DNA from: Escherichia phage vB_EcoM-pEB20
Length of the DNA: 64,000 nucleotides
Direction: 5' to 3' (one strand)
Sequence record: OP114733
Shown here: positions 37,097-46,474 of the stretch, piece by piece
How the letters are laid out: every line of letters begins with the position of its first letter
Numbering within the stretch: the stretch's first letter is position 1
Notes under the pieces: model-generated
What the model was told of the DNA's origin: nothing
Seen by the model: the letters and a program-made list of their open reading frames with translations, nothing else
Database searches by the model: none
Made by a program: the position numbers and the translations under genes

Positions 37097-39808
37097 ATGA
37101 AAGAATTTTACTTAACGGTTGAACAGATTGGTGATTCAATTTTTGAACGTTACATCGATTCTAATGGCCGTGAACGTACTCGTGAAGTAGAATATAAACC
37201 ATCACTGTTTGCTCATTGTCCAGAAAGTCAGGCTACAAAATATTTCGATATCTACGGTAAGCCGTGTACTCGTAAGTTGTTCGCTAATATGCGTGATGCC
37301 TCCCAATGGATTAAACGCATGGAAGATATCGGACTTGAAGCACTTGGCATGGACGATTTCAAATTGGCGTATTTGTCTGACACTTATAACTATGAAATCA
37401 AATACGACCATACAAAAATTCGTGTGGCTAACTTCGACATCGAAGTAACATCTCCGGACGGGTTCCCTGAGCCGTCACAAGCAAAACATCCGATTGATGC
37501 TATCACCCATTATGACTCAATTGACGACAGGTTCTACGTATTTGATCTATTGAATTCTCCATATGGTAATGTAGAAGAATGGTCTATTGAAATCGCTGCT
37601 AAGCTTCAAGAACAAGGTGGTGATGAAGTTCCATCTGAAATTATCGATAAAATCATTTATATGCCGTTCGATAGCGAAAAAGAATTGTTGATGGAATATC
37701 TCAACTTCTGGCAACAGAAAACTCCTGTCATTTTGACTGGATGGAACGTTGAGTCATTTGATATTCCATATGTGTATAACCGAATCAAGAATATTTTTGG
37801 CGAATCTACTGCGAAACGTTTATCACCACATCGTAAAACTCGTGTTAAAGTTATCGAAAACATGTATGGTTCTCGTGAAATCATTACATTGTTCGGTATC
37901 TCTGTTCTTGATTACATTGACCTTTACAAAAAATTCTCTTTTACCAATCAACCGTCGTATTCTCTGGATTACATTTCAGAATTTGAATTGAACGTTGGTA
38001 AACTGAAATATGACGGCCCTATTTCTAAGCTTCGTGAAAGCAATCACCAACGATATATTTCTTATAACATTATCGACGTGTATCGTGTATTGCAAATTGA
38101 TGCTAAGCGTCAGTTCATCAACTTGAGCTTGGACATGGGTTATTATGCTAAGATACAGATTCAATCTGTGTTCAGCCCAATTAAAACATGGGATGCCATT
38201 ATTTTTAATAGCCTTAAAGAGCAGAACAAGGTGATTCCACAAGGTCGTTCTCACCCGGTTCAACCTTATCCTGGCGCTTTTGTTAAGGAACCTATTCCAA
38301 ATCGATACAAATATGTAATGAGTTTCGACCTTACATCTCTGTATCCAAGTATTATTCGCCAAGTGAATATTAGCCCGGAAACAATAGCAGGAACGTTTAA
38401 AGTAGCTCCACTGCATGATTATATTAACGCTGTTGCTGAACGTCCTTCAGATGTGTACAGTTGTTCTCCTAACGGCATGATGTATTATAAAGACCGTGAT
38501 GGTGTAGTTCCAACTGAAATCACTAAGGTCTTTAATCAACGTAAAGAACATAAAGGTTACATGCTTGCAGCTCAACGTAATGGTGAAATAATTAAAGAGG
38601 CATTGCATAATCCTAATCTTTCTGTTGACGAACCATTAGATGTTGATTATCGTTTCGACTTCAGCGATGAGATTAAAGAAAAGATTAAAAAGTTGTCTGC
38701 TAAATCTCTTAATGAAATGTTGTTTAGAGCTCAACGTACTGAAGTTGCAGGTATGACTGCACAAATTAACCGTAAATTGCTCATCAACTCACTTTATGGT
38801 GCACTTGGAAACGTTTGGTTCCGTTATTATGATTTGCGTAATGCTACTGCAATCACAACATTCGGGCAAATGGCTTTACAGTGGATTGAACGTAAAGTTA
38901 ATGAATATCTGAATGAGGTTTGTGGTACAGAAGGCGAAGCTTTCGTTCTATATGGTGATACAGACTCCATTTACGTATCTGCAGATAAAATTATTGATAA
39001 GGTTGGTGAATCTAAATTCCGTGATACCAACCATTGGGTAGACTTCTTAGATAAGTTCGCTCGTGAACGTATGGAACCAGCTATTGATAGAGGTTTCCGT
39101 GAAATGTGTGAATACATGAACAATAAACAACACTTAATGTTCATGGACCGAGAAGCTATCGCTGGGCCTCCGCTCGGTTCTAAAGGTATTGGTGGATTCT
39201 GGACTGGTAAGAAACGTTATGCATTAAACGTGTGGGATATGGAAGGTACTCGTTACGCTGAGCCTAAACTCAAAATCATGGGTCTCGAAACACAGAAATC
39301 TTCGACTCCTAAAGCAGTACAGAAAGCTCTTAAGGAATGTATTCGTCGTATGCTTCAAGAAGGTGAAGAATCATTACAAGAATATTTTAAAGAGTTTGAA
39401 AAAGAATTCCGTCAATTGAATTATATTAGCATCGCGTCGGTATCTTCTGCGAATAACATTGCTAAATATGACGTCGGTGGATTCCCTGGCCCCAAATGTC
39501 CGTTCCATATTCGTGGAATTCTGACATATAACCGGGCTATCAAAGGTAATATTGATGCTCCACAAGTTGTAGAAGGTGAAAAAGTATATGTTCTGCCTTT
39601 ACGTGAAGGAAACCCATTCGGTGATAAATGTATCGCATGGCCTTCTGGTACTGAAATCACAGATTTAATTAAAGACGACGTACTTCATTGGATGGACTAC
39701 ACTGTTCTCCTTGAGAAGACATTTATTAAACCACTTGAAGGATTCACATCAGCAGCGAAACTCGATTACGAGAAGAAAGCATCTCTGTTCGATATGTTCG
39801 ATTTTTGA
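37097..39808 (+). CDS. 43: DNA polymerase gp43 (family B)
   Basis: 903 aa; exo motifs FDIEV and YGDTDS; matches RB69 gp43 as recalled. Confidence 0.97.
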   Translation: MKEFYLTVEQIGDSIFERYIDSNGRERTREVEYKPSLFAHCPESQATKYFDIYGKPCTRKLFANMRDASQWIKRMEDIGLEALGMDDFKLAYLSDTYNYEIKYDHTKIRVANFDIEVTSPDGFPEPSQAKHPIDAITHYDSIDDRFYVFDLLNSPYGNVEEWSIEIAAKLQEQGGDEVPSEIIDKIIYMPFDSEKELLMEYLNFWQQKTPVILTGWNVESFDIPYVYNRIKNIFGESTAKRLSPHRKTRVKVIENMYGSREIITLFGISVLDYIDLYKKFSFTNQPSYSLDYISEFELNVGKLKYDGPISKLRESNHQRYISYNIIDVYRVLQIDAKRQFINLSLDMGYYAKIQIQSVFSPIKTWDAIIFNSLKEQNKVIPQGRSHPVQPYPGAFVKEPIPNRYKYVMSFDLTSLYPSIIRQVNISPETIAGTFKVAPLHDYINAVAERPSDVYSCSPNGMMYYKDRDGVVPTEITKVFNQRKEHKGYMLAAQRNGEIIKEALHNPNLSVDEPLDVDYRFDFSDEIKEKIKKLSAKSLNEMLFRAQRTEVAGMTAQINRKLLINSLYGALGNVWFRYYDLRNATAITTFGQMALQWIERKVNEYLNEVCGTEGEAFVLYGDTDSIYVSADKIIDKVGESKFRDTNHWVDFLDKFARERMEPAIDRGFREMCEYMNNKQHLMFMDREAIAGPPLGSKGIGGFWTGKKRYALNVWDMEGTRYAEPKLKIMGLETQKSSTPKAVQKALKECIRRMLQEGEESLQEYFKEFEKEFRQLNYISIASVSSANNIAKYDVGGFPGPKCPFHIRGILTYNRAIKGNIDAPQVVEGEKVYVLPLREGNPFGDKCIAWPSGTEITDLIKDDVLHWMDYTVLLEKTFIKPLEGFTSAAKLDYEKKASLFDMFDF

Positions 39809-39848
39809 TATAATGTCATGGACGGTAAACTAATTAAATGAGAGAAAT

Positions 39849-40484
39849 ATGAAAACTACTCCTATTACTATCGCTATTGACGCAATTATAAAACAAGCTT
39901 CTTCTTTGGCCGCTATGGCCAAAGTAATTAGTCAAAACCCTGCTCGTTATAATGCTATTCTAGAAACTCTTCGACGCCCTGGACTTAGTAATTATGAAAG
40001 CCGGGTAATTATTACAGGTGTTGGTAAGAATGCTAATATCGCAACTAAAGCTTCCGAGACTTTTGCTTCACTCGGTATCCCGAGTATGTACTTGAACACT
40101 GGGCATTATTCTCACGGTGATGCAGGATTCATTGCGCCTAATGATGTGTTGATTCATATTAGTCGTTCTGGTAAAACTGAAGAAATGATAGGCGTGGCTA
40201 AGCATCTTAAAATGATTCGTCCGAATGTCAAACAGATTCTGTTGCATTGTAACCCAGACATTCCACAAGAAAATGAAGCCCTTTTTGATTACTCTTTCTG
40301 TACAGGCATCGCGGTAGAGGTTGATGAGAATTCTCTGGCTCCGACTATGTCCACTACATTGTTGTTAGCGCTTATCGATACGTTTGCTATCAACCTTTCG
40401 TCTGAGCGTGGATTTACCTCTAATGACTTCCTTAAGTTCCATCCAGGCGGTGCACTAGGTGCCATGTTACGAGGCGAACAATGA
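39849..40484 (+). CDS. SIS-domain sugar-phosphate isomerase (KdsD/GutQ-like arabinose-5-phosphate isomerase core, no CBS domains)
   Basis: VIITGVGKNANIATK, HGDAGF, LAPTMSTT, FHPGGALGAML match KdsD SIS domain pattern. Confidence 0.7.
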   Translation: MKTTPITIAIDAIIKQASSLAAMAKVISQNPARYNAILETLRRPGLSNYESRVIITGVGKNANIATKASETFASLGIPSMYLNTGHYSHGDAGFIAPNDVLIHISRSGKTEEMIGVAKHLKMIRPNVKQILLHCNPDIPQENEALFDYSFCTGIAVEVDENSLAPTMSTTLLLALIDTFAINLSSERGFTSNDFLKFHPGGALGAMLRGEQ

Positions 40485-40624
40485 AAGCAATAACAATAGG
40501 ACTTTTACTATTGATGCTTGTCATGACTATCTACTGGAGCTTAACGGCTCCAGTAATGATTCCAACACTTGTAATTGGATGGATTATGATTGGACTACAA
40601 GCAAAGTATGAATGCTTTAACTAG
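40481..40624 (+). CDS. 47-aa two-TM membrane peptide (below ORF-track cutoff)
   Basis: ATGA overlap with SIS gene stop. Confidence 0.35.
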   Translation: MKAITIGLLLLMLVMTIYWSLTAPVMIPTLVIGWIMIGLQAKYECFN

Positions 40625-40665
40625 AATAGTGTACAATACTCCTACTTACCAATGAGGACTTCAAC

Positions 40666-42351
40666 ATGAAAAAAGCTGTTATTCTTGGTGCTGGACTGGC
40701 AACTCGTTTGTATCCAATAACGCACCATATTCCTAAGGTGCTTGTTAACTATAAACAAGACACTATTCTAAGCAATTTGTATACAATTTATTCTGACCTT
40801 GGCGCAGATGAAATTATTGTAGTAGTTCATTCAAAATTTGCTGAAACTGTTCGAGCTTATTGTGAGCAAGAAGGGTTCAATGTGACTATTCGTACAGTTG
40901 ATGAAGCGTATGGTTCTGCTTATGCTCTTGCTAAATTACACAAAGATTTAGACGGCCATAATGTAATTGTTAACTGGTGTGATATTATTCCTGATTTTGG
41001 TTCATGGTCTTGGAATGTTAACGCAATCTATGTTAAGGGTGACGAATGTCGATATAATTTCGACGGTGAAAATATCACTAACGTAGGTTCAACAGGTGGT
41101 AATGTTGTAGGAATTTATCAGTTCAAAGACTGGGAATTCTATATGGGTTCTACTGATGAGGAAATTCATGAATACTGCAAAGGACGTGATTTCGTAGAAT
41201 TCCTTTACGGCAGCGCATTCAATAAATCAGAGCTTATGAATCTAATTGATTTAGGTGATATGCCTAAACTTGAAAAAGCTCATGAAGTTCGTGAACTTAA
41301 TCGTAGTTTTAATGCAGTTGAAATTGGTGAAGAAACTGTAACTAAATTCGCATTAACCGAACAGGGTCGAGCTCTTCAGAAAGATGAGATTTCATGGTAT
41401 CTTAAAGTGAAATCAGATTCAGTTCCTCAGTTAGTTTCGGTAAATGAAAATAATTTTGAAATGGAACGTATTAAAGGTAAGCCGGCATTTGAATATATTA
41501 AATCCAAATCAAGTCTTGCTCGTCCACAAATTGTTGATGCAATTTTAGATGCACTGAAATTCAGCACAGACACTTATTTTGTAAGTCCTGAAACTGTTCG
41601 TCGTGATTTCACTAAAGAGTTCTATACGAAAGTTATTGATCGTTGTGAAAGCATTCAACCATTGATTGATTCATTTGGTAAAATCACACATGTGAACTAC
41701 ACTAAGATTGGACGTCTGAAGCCAATGCTGAAACAAGCTTTAGAACACCTTATTCGTTATCATAACCGTTCTCAGGGACAGTACTCTGTTATTCATGGTG
41801 ACCCGAACTTCAGTAATACTATGATTACTGATAACGGCGAAGTCAAGTTTATAGACCCTCGTGGATATTTTGGCGAAACCAAGATTTATGGGCCAAAATT
41901 GTATGATGAAGCTAAAGTGCTTTATGCTGTTTCAGGATATGATGAATTCAATGCTAATCCGACCTGGGGACAGTTTACTATTGATGAAACAACTTGTAAT
42001 GTGACTATTAACATCAATCCATTAGTTTACAAATATGGAAAGATGAGTTCGTTTAACGAGTATCATCATTTGGCTGTAGCAATTATCTGGATTGCATTAG
42101 GTGGTTATTTCAAGAATAATCCACTTAAAGCGGTAGCCGCATATTATAAAGGTATGGAACTTCTGACTAAGCAATTACGTAACATGGGCCGTGTACTTCA
42201 GGACGGCTCTATTAGTTATGACGTAGCAGAACCTGTAACGGCTACTCTGATTACAAAAAATCCTGGTAAATGGGTACTAACTGATAAAGAAACCGGTGTT
42301 TCCTATCGTCCAATCGGTGGCGATATCACTCATCAATGGGAACGAATTTAA
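40666..42351 (+). CDS. bifunctional sugar-1-phosphate nucleotidyltransferase (N) / sugar kinase of APH-ChoK fold (C)
   Basis: N-terminal GAGLATRLYPIT (RmlA-like); C-terminal HGDPNFSN...IDPRG (Brenner motif plus metal-binding Asp). Confidence 0.7.
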   Translation: MKKAVILGAGLATRLYPITHHIPKVLVNYKQDTILSNLYTIYSDLGADEIIVVVHSKFAETVRAYCEQEGFNVTIRTVDEAYGSAYALAKLHKDLDGHNVIVNWCDIIPDFGSWSWNVNAIYVKGDECRYNFDGENITNVGSTGGNVVGIYQFKDWEFYMGSTDEEIHEYCKGRDFVEFLYGSAFNKSELMNLIDLGDMPKLEKAHEVRELNRSFNAVEIGEETVTKFALTEQGRALQKDEISWYLKVKSDSVPQLVSVNENNFEMERIKGKPAFEYIKSKSSLARPQIVDAILDALKFSTDTYFVSPETVRRDFTKEFYTKVIDRCESIQPLIDSFGKITHVNYTKIGRLKPMLKQALEHLIRYHNRSQGQYSVIHGDPNFSNTMITDNGEVKFIDPRGYFGETKIYGPKLYDEAKVLYAVSGYDEFNANPTWGQFTIDETTCNVTININPLVYKYGKMSSFNEYHHLAVAIIWIALGGYFKNNPLKAVAAYYKGMELLTKQLRNMGRVLQDGSISYDVAEPVTATLITKNPGKWVLTDKETGVSYRPIGGDITHQWERI

Positions 42352-42716
42352 TGCAACTATGCTTCGATGTCGATGATTGTATAACCGAATGGAATAACAA
42401 TCGTGATTACGCTAATTTTAAACCGGACCTAGAAATGGTGGCAGCCATTAATGCCTTGTATGACGCAGGGCATACCATCACGCTTTACACTGCTCGTGGT
42501 ATGAAGTCTGTAGGTCCTGGACGTATTGCTGTAGATATCCTACCAGGTCTGTTACAGAACTTAGCTAACATTGGTTTGAAGTATCATAATTTGCTAACAC
42601 ATAAACCAGTATATGATTGGATTATCGACGACAAAGCTATGCGTCCTGACGAATTCAAAGCTCTTATGAATAAAGGCGAATTCGAAACATTTAAATCATA
42701 TAAACCAAATCTATAA
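42351..42716 (+). CDS. small HAD-superfamily phosphatase
   Basis: N-terminal FDVDDCIT (DxD motif I), ITLYTARG, WIIDDKAM; TAATG coupling to upstream gene. Confidence 0.6.
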   Translation: MQLCFDVDDCITEWNNNRDYANFKPDLEMVAAINALYDAGHTITLYTARGMKSVGPGRIAVDILPGLLQNLANIGLKYHNLLTHKPVYDWIIDDKAMRPDEFKALMNKGEFETFKSYKPNL

Positions 42717-42762
42717 TAATTTAAGTAAGACCTGCAAAAACCGTCGCATCAATTAACGCGAG

Positions 42763-43932
42763 ATGCAAAAAATGAATACTTTTAAAATTGGAACGAATTT
42801 CGATTTAGCTCTTCTTGATAAAATCGTAGAGCTCAATAAAACTTATCCTAATAGCTTGATAAATGAAGTATACGGCTCTACAAGAGAAATGGCTTTTGTA
42901 GCAGCCAGACCTGATTTTAGGCTTCCTGACGTTGACAAAAAGATGTTAGAAGACTACGTTAAACGTTGTAACGAATTAGGTATTTGCTTTAACTATACAC
43001 TCAACACGATAAATCCTGGTTCAAAAAGAGAACTAGTTGAGTGGAAGAAGAAAGCTATTCAGGATTATGTTCAGTATCTTTGGTCAATAGGCGTATGGCG
43101 TATTACTATCGCTAACCCTGTTGTTATGGAAATTGTTCGTGAAGTCAATAAAGACATTGAGATTGAAGTTTCAACAATTCTACATGTCGATGCTGTAACT
43201 CAAATCAAATACTTGCATGACCAGTATAATATCAAAAAGGTCTGCTGTGGAATTCATAAGAACCGTTCAGTTTCTTTCCTGAAGCGTGCAGCAGAGTTTT
43301 GCAATAAGAACAATATAATATTTGAAGTTCTTGTAAATGAGTTCTGTTCTAATGCTGGTAAAGGGTATACAACACATTGTAGCTATCGTGACTCTTGCTA
43401 TATTTTCCATAGTACTGATGTTACAGCTGATGATGCTAAATCCTTAAACGGATATCCTATGCAGCACTGTATTAAAGCTCGTGATACAGACCCATTTAAC
43501 TGGTTGAGAACTCGTTTTGTTCGTCCTCAAGATTTGAAACTTTATAATGATATTGGTATCACTCAATTTAAAGTTTCAGGACGTACAGGTAGCACAGACT
43601 ACATTTTGAAAGTTCTTGAAGCATACGCTTCTGAAAAGTTTGAAGGTAATTTGTTAGAACTGTGGAAGCCTTTAGAGACTATTTTCACTCTTGAAAACGA
43701 AACTGAGTTTTCACATACGGTAAATATTGAAACCTCTTTGTTAGACGGCTTTTTAGAAAAAAGGTGGTTCAGACATCCAGATTTCGATTGTGCTAATGAA
43801 ATCTGCGGGACGACGTGTACATATTGTGAAAGATATTATAAACGTCAGTTATCTAAAAATGGGTTATCAGAAAACTCTATATCTATTATTGATATAACTA
43901 ACTCTGATGACGCTTTGAGGTACCCGGAATGA
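42763..43932 (+). CDS. Cys-rich enzyme of unknown function (C-terminal CX4CX3CX2C); candidate Fe-S protein or transferase
   Basis: ORF track; CANEICGTTCTYC near C-terminus. Confidence 0.55.
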   Translation: MQKMNTFKIGTNFDLALLDKIVELNKTYPNSLINEVYGSTREMAFVAARPDFRLPDVDKKMLEDYVKRCNELGICFNYTLNTINPGSKRELVEWKKKAIQDYVQYLWSIGVWRITIANPVVMEIVREVNKDIEIEVSTILHVDAVTQIKYLHDQYNIKKVCCGIHKNRSVSFLKRAAEFCNKNNIIFEVLVNEFCSNAGKGYTTHCSYRDSCYIFHSTDVTADDAKSLNGYPMQHCIKARDTDPFNWLRTRFVRPQDLKLYNDIGITQFKVSGRTGSTDYILKVLEAYASEKFEGNLLELWKPLETIFTLENETEFSHTVNIETSLLDGFLEKRWFRHPDFDCANEICGTTCTYCERYYKRQLSKNGLSENSISIIDITNSDDALRYPE

Positions 43933-44168
43933 TTTCTAGAAAAACTTTTAACCACCAACTTAATGAAGAGATTTTGACTATAAAACTGAACACTAACGAA
44001 CAAATTCTTAAAAAGGCCCTGATGGGCCTGTTTGAAACTAAAGCGGCTAAAGTGATTAAAGAACCTGTTCAATTGGAATACTACGCTGATGCATTTCTTC
44101 ATAGTGTTCTTGGAAGTATCGATGCTGAAGCTTTACGTTATATCAACATTGTCAAGAAATTCAAATAA
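43929..44168 (+). CDS. hypothetical protein
   Basis: ORF track. Confidence 0.5.
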   Translation: MISRKTFNHQLNEEILTIKLNTNEQILKKALMGLFETKAAKVIKEPVQLEYYADAFLHSVLGSIDAEALRYINIVKKFK

Positions 44169-44210
44169 GCTTTACGAATTGAGTATATAATAAATTGTAT
44201 TGAGGTAAAC

Positions 44211-44927
44211 ATGGGAAAACATAACACAATGAAATATATCAAAGCCGCAGATTTTCAAACCGCATTTAAAGCAGTCAATCGTGAAATTTTAGAAAACCCG
44301 GAATTCGTAACTGATTCTCGTATTGGACGTTGTAATGAAATTGGGTCTATGACAGTAGTTGTTGACACTCCATCATCATTCAAAATGACCGACCCACGTA
44401 TTAACCGCATCTCTTATGAATATGCCGAAGACTTCTGGAAGTTTATGATTTCTGGTGGTACCAACGCAGAAGAAGCGTTTAAGGCATATCCTAATGTCGC
44501 TAAATTTATTTCTAAACCAAAATCAGATGTTTTGCCGGCGAACTTCAACACTTTCTATGGTCCTCGCATTGCGGCCCAATTACCAGCTCTTCTAAAAGAA
44601 CTTAAAGAGAAGCCTAACTCTCGAAGAGTTGTGTTCCAAATTCTAGAAAGTTCTGATCAGGCTTTGCTTGATTCAGACGAAACGCTTGAATATCCATGTA
44701 CTGACTCAGTGACTTATTATATTCGTGATGGTAAGCTTTATACCCACTGTCATATGCGTTCTCAGAACTGTGCTGTTGTTATGCAGTTGGATTTTTATCT
44801 CCAAGGAAAATTACTTCATTATATCGCTAACGAATGCGGTGTAGAAGTTGGTGATTATACTCATACCATGGTAAGTGCCCATGTGTTTGAACGTGATTTT
44901 GATTATGTTAAAGGATTCCTTGACTAA
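44211..44927 (+). CDS. 42: thymidylate-synthase-fold pyrimidine hydroxymethylase (gp42-like dCMP hydroxymethylase)
   Basis: NSRR..PCTDSVTYYIRDGKL..HMRSQN pattern parallels T4 gp42 active-site region as recalled; position between 43 and uvsX. Confidence 0.6.
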   Translation: MGKHNTMKYIKAADFQTAFKAVNREILENPEFVTDSRIGRCNEIGSMTVVVDTPSSFKMTDPRINRISYEYAEDFWKFMISGGTNAEEAFKAYPNVAKFISKPKSDVLPANFNTFYGPRIAAQLPALLKELKEKPNSRRVVFQILESSDQALLDSDETLEYPCTDSVTYYIRDGKLYTHCHMRSQNCAVVMQLDFYLQGKLLHYIANECGVEVGDYTHTMVSAHVFERDFDYVKGFLD

Positions 44928-45826
44928 TGGCTATTTTCCGCGTACCTATCTTGAGTATGCGGTCTTATGAAACTGGACAGTATGCTATCCTTAAGGATGG
45001 CAACTTCCAACTTCATTTGCACCGTGCTAATCCGGGTGATGTGATTACATATCCACGTAATGCATCTGATATTAAAGAATGCGAACGTCTTTTCCCAGAA
45101 TTTAAGTTTGTTCCGTTATGGTATAAAGATAACGCATATAATACTCGTAAATATTTCTGGTCTGAAAATGAATTTGTAGTTGATTCGTTGATTGCTTATT
45201 ATGATTGTGATTTTCTCATCACGGATATCACTGGATATGATGGTGCTTTTGACGTAGAATTCAATTTCAATATCACTGCAGACCCTAATAAACCACGTTT
45301 TTATATTGACGAATTCTTAAAAACTGATATGTTGTCGGTTAATCGTTCACTTCAAACTACTGTGTTGAATGAACGTCAAAAAGAAGTGCTGGTTAACGCA
45401 GGTGCAGATGGTAATAAGATTATCGTAACGCAGAAAGTTATACGTCCTTCCATCATGCAGCGTCTTGTAGGTGATTTGGCTCCTATTCATCTAGATGGTA
45501 TTTTTCATCCATTTCGAATTAGTGACCCGTGCTATCGTTTTGAACAAGTGGTTGAATGTGCAATTCAATTAGGCCAACCGCTTTATATAACCGATCCAAA
45601 TAATAGCTTCGACAGAAATAAGTATCCTGAAGAAGCACTGATTCGAATTTTTAAACCAACTAAAACTGAGTACTATCAAATTCTTAAAGGACGTCCGAAG
45701 ATTCAATATTTCGAAAATCCTGAAGAAGTATTCCATCCAGGTCTTGGTGAGTTCATCTACTTTAACGCTTTAATTTCTTCGCCGTATAATATACCTAAAT
45801 ATGAAGATGTCGTAATCGAGGAATAA
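44927..45826 (+). CDS. hypothetical 299-aa protein at beta-gt position; candidate DNA glycosyltransferase
   Basis: ORF track; no motif recognised; synteny only. Confidence 0.5.
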   Translation: MAIFRVPILSMRSYETGQYAILKDGNFQLHLHRANPGDVITYPRNASDIKECERLFPEFKFVPLWYKDNAYNTRKYFWSENEFVVDSLIAYYDCDFLITDITGYDGAFDVEFNFNITADPNKPRFYIDEFLKTDMLSVNRSLQTTVLNERQKEVLVNAGADGNKIIVTQKVIRPSIMQRLVGDLAPIHLDGIFHPFRISDPCYRFEQVVECAIQLGQPLYITDPNNSFDRNKYPEEALIRIFKPTKTEYYQILKGRPKIQYFENPEEVFHPGLGEFIYFNALISSPYNIPKYEDVVIEE

Positions 45827-45827
45827 A

Positions 45828-46376
45828 ATGGCTAAAATTATTTTAGTAGATGGCCCGGATAATGCTGGTAAAACAACTTTCATTAATGACATAATGGAAA
45901 TTAGTGAAAGATATGTAAAGATTGATTTCCCTAAACGAACAGTTGATGGGCGTTTCGATGTTAAGTCTCGAAATGAAGTTGGCTGTTTCGAAACGATGTT
46001 GAATTATTTAGACCCTACTAAGATTTATCTGTTAGACCGTGGATATATTAGTAACTGGGTTTATGGACGTATTCGACAAGATGCGGACTCGATTCTTGAC
46101 GTTTATGAACAGGACTATGTTCGTCTTTGCCAAAACCATGATGTGTTCACAATTATTTTAACACGTAACGAAATGACTGAAAGTTTTGAAGACGACCTTA
46201 TTACTTTGTCTTCACTCAGTTTCAATACAGTCATTTCACATTTTGAAGAGTTTGCAATTCATAACAAAATCCAAACGTATCAATTACTTAATCATGATGG
46301 TGCTAACAAAGTTATAGGATTTAATGCAAGCGAACGTAATTATTTGATTACAGAAATTATCAAATGGGCTCGTTAA
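45828..46376 (+). CDS. P-loop (deoxy)nucleotide/nucleoside kinase-like
   Basis: Walker A GPDNAGKTT; LLDRGYISNWVYG resembles dNK/TMPK DR motif. Confidence 0.6.
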   Translation: MAKIILVDGPDNAGKTTFINDIMEISERYVKIDFPKRTVDGRFDVKSRNEVGCFETMLNYLDPTKIYLLDRGYISNWVYGRIRQDADSILDVYEQDYVRLCQNHDVFTIILTRNEMTESFEDDLITLSSLSFNTVISHFEEFAIHNKIQTYQLLNHDGANKVIGFNASERNYLITEIIKWAR

Positions 46377-46474
46377 GAGCCATTTAAAGTTTTAAATGCT
46401 GTATAACCCTTAGTATATAATCATCTTATCTTTTAAACATGAGTAAAATATAATGATGCCTATGGAAAAATACA

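Noticed and set aside
42763-43932. Assignment of the Cys-rich protein to peptidase U32 or radical SAM
   Set aside because: It lacks the U32 signature (E-x-F-x2-G...SGRC). The CX3CX2C is at the extreme C-terminus rather than in a radical SAM core. I left it unassigned.
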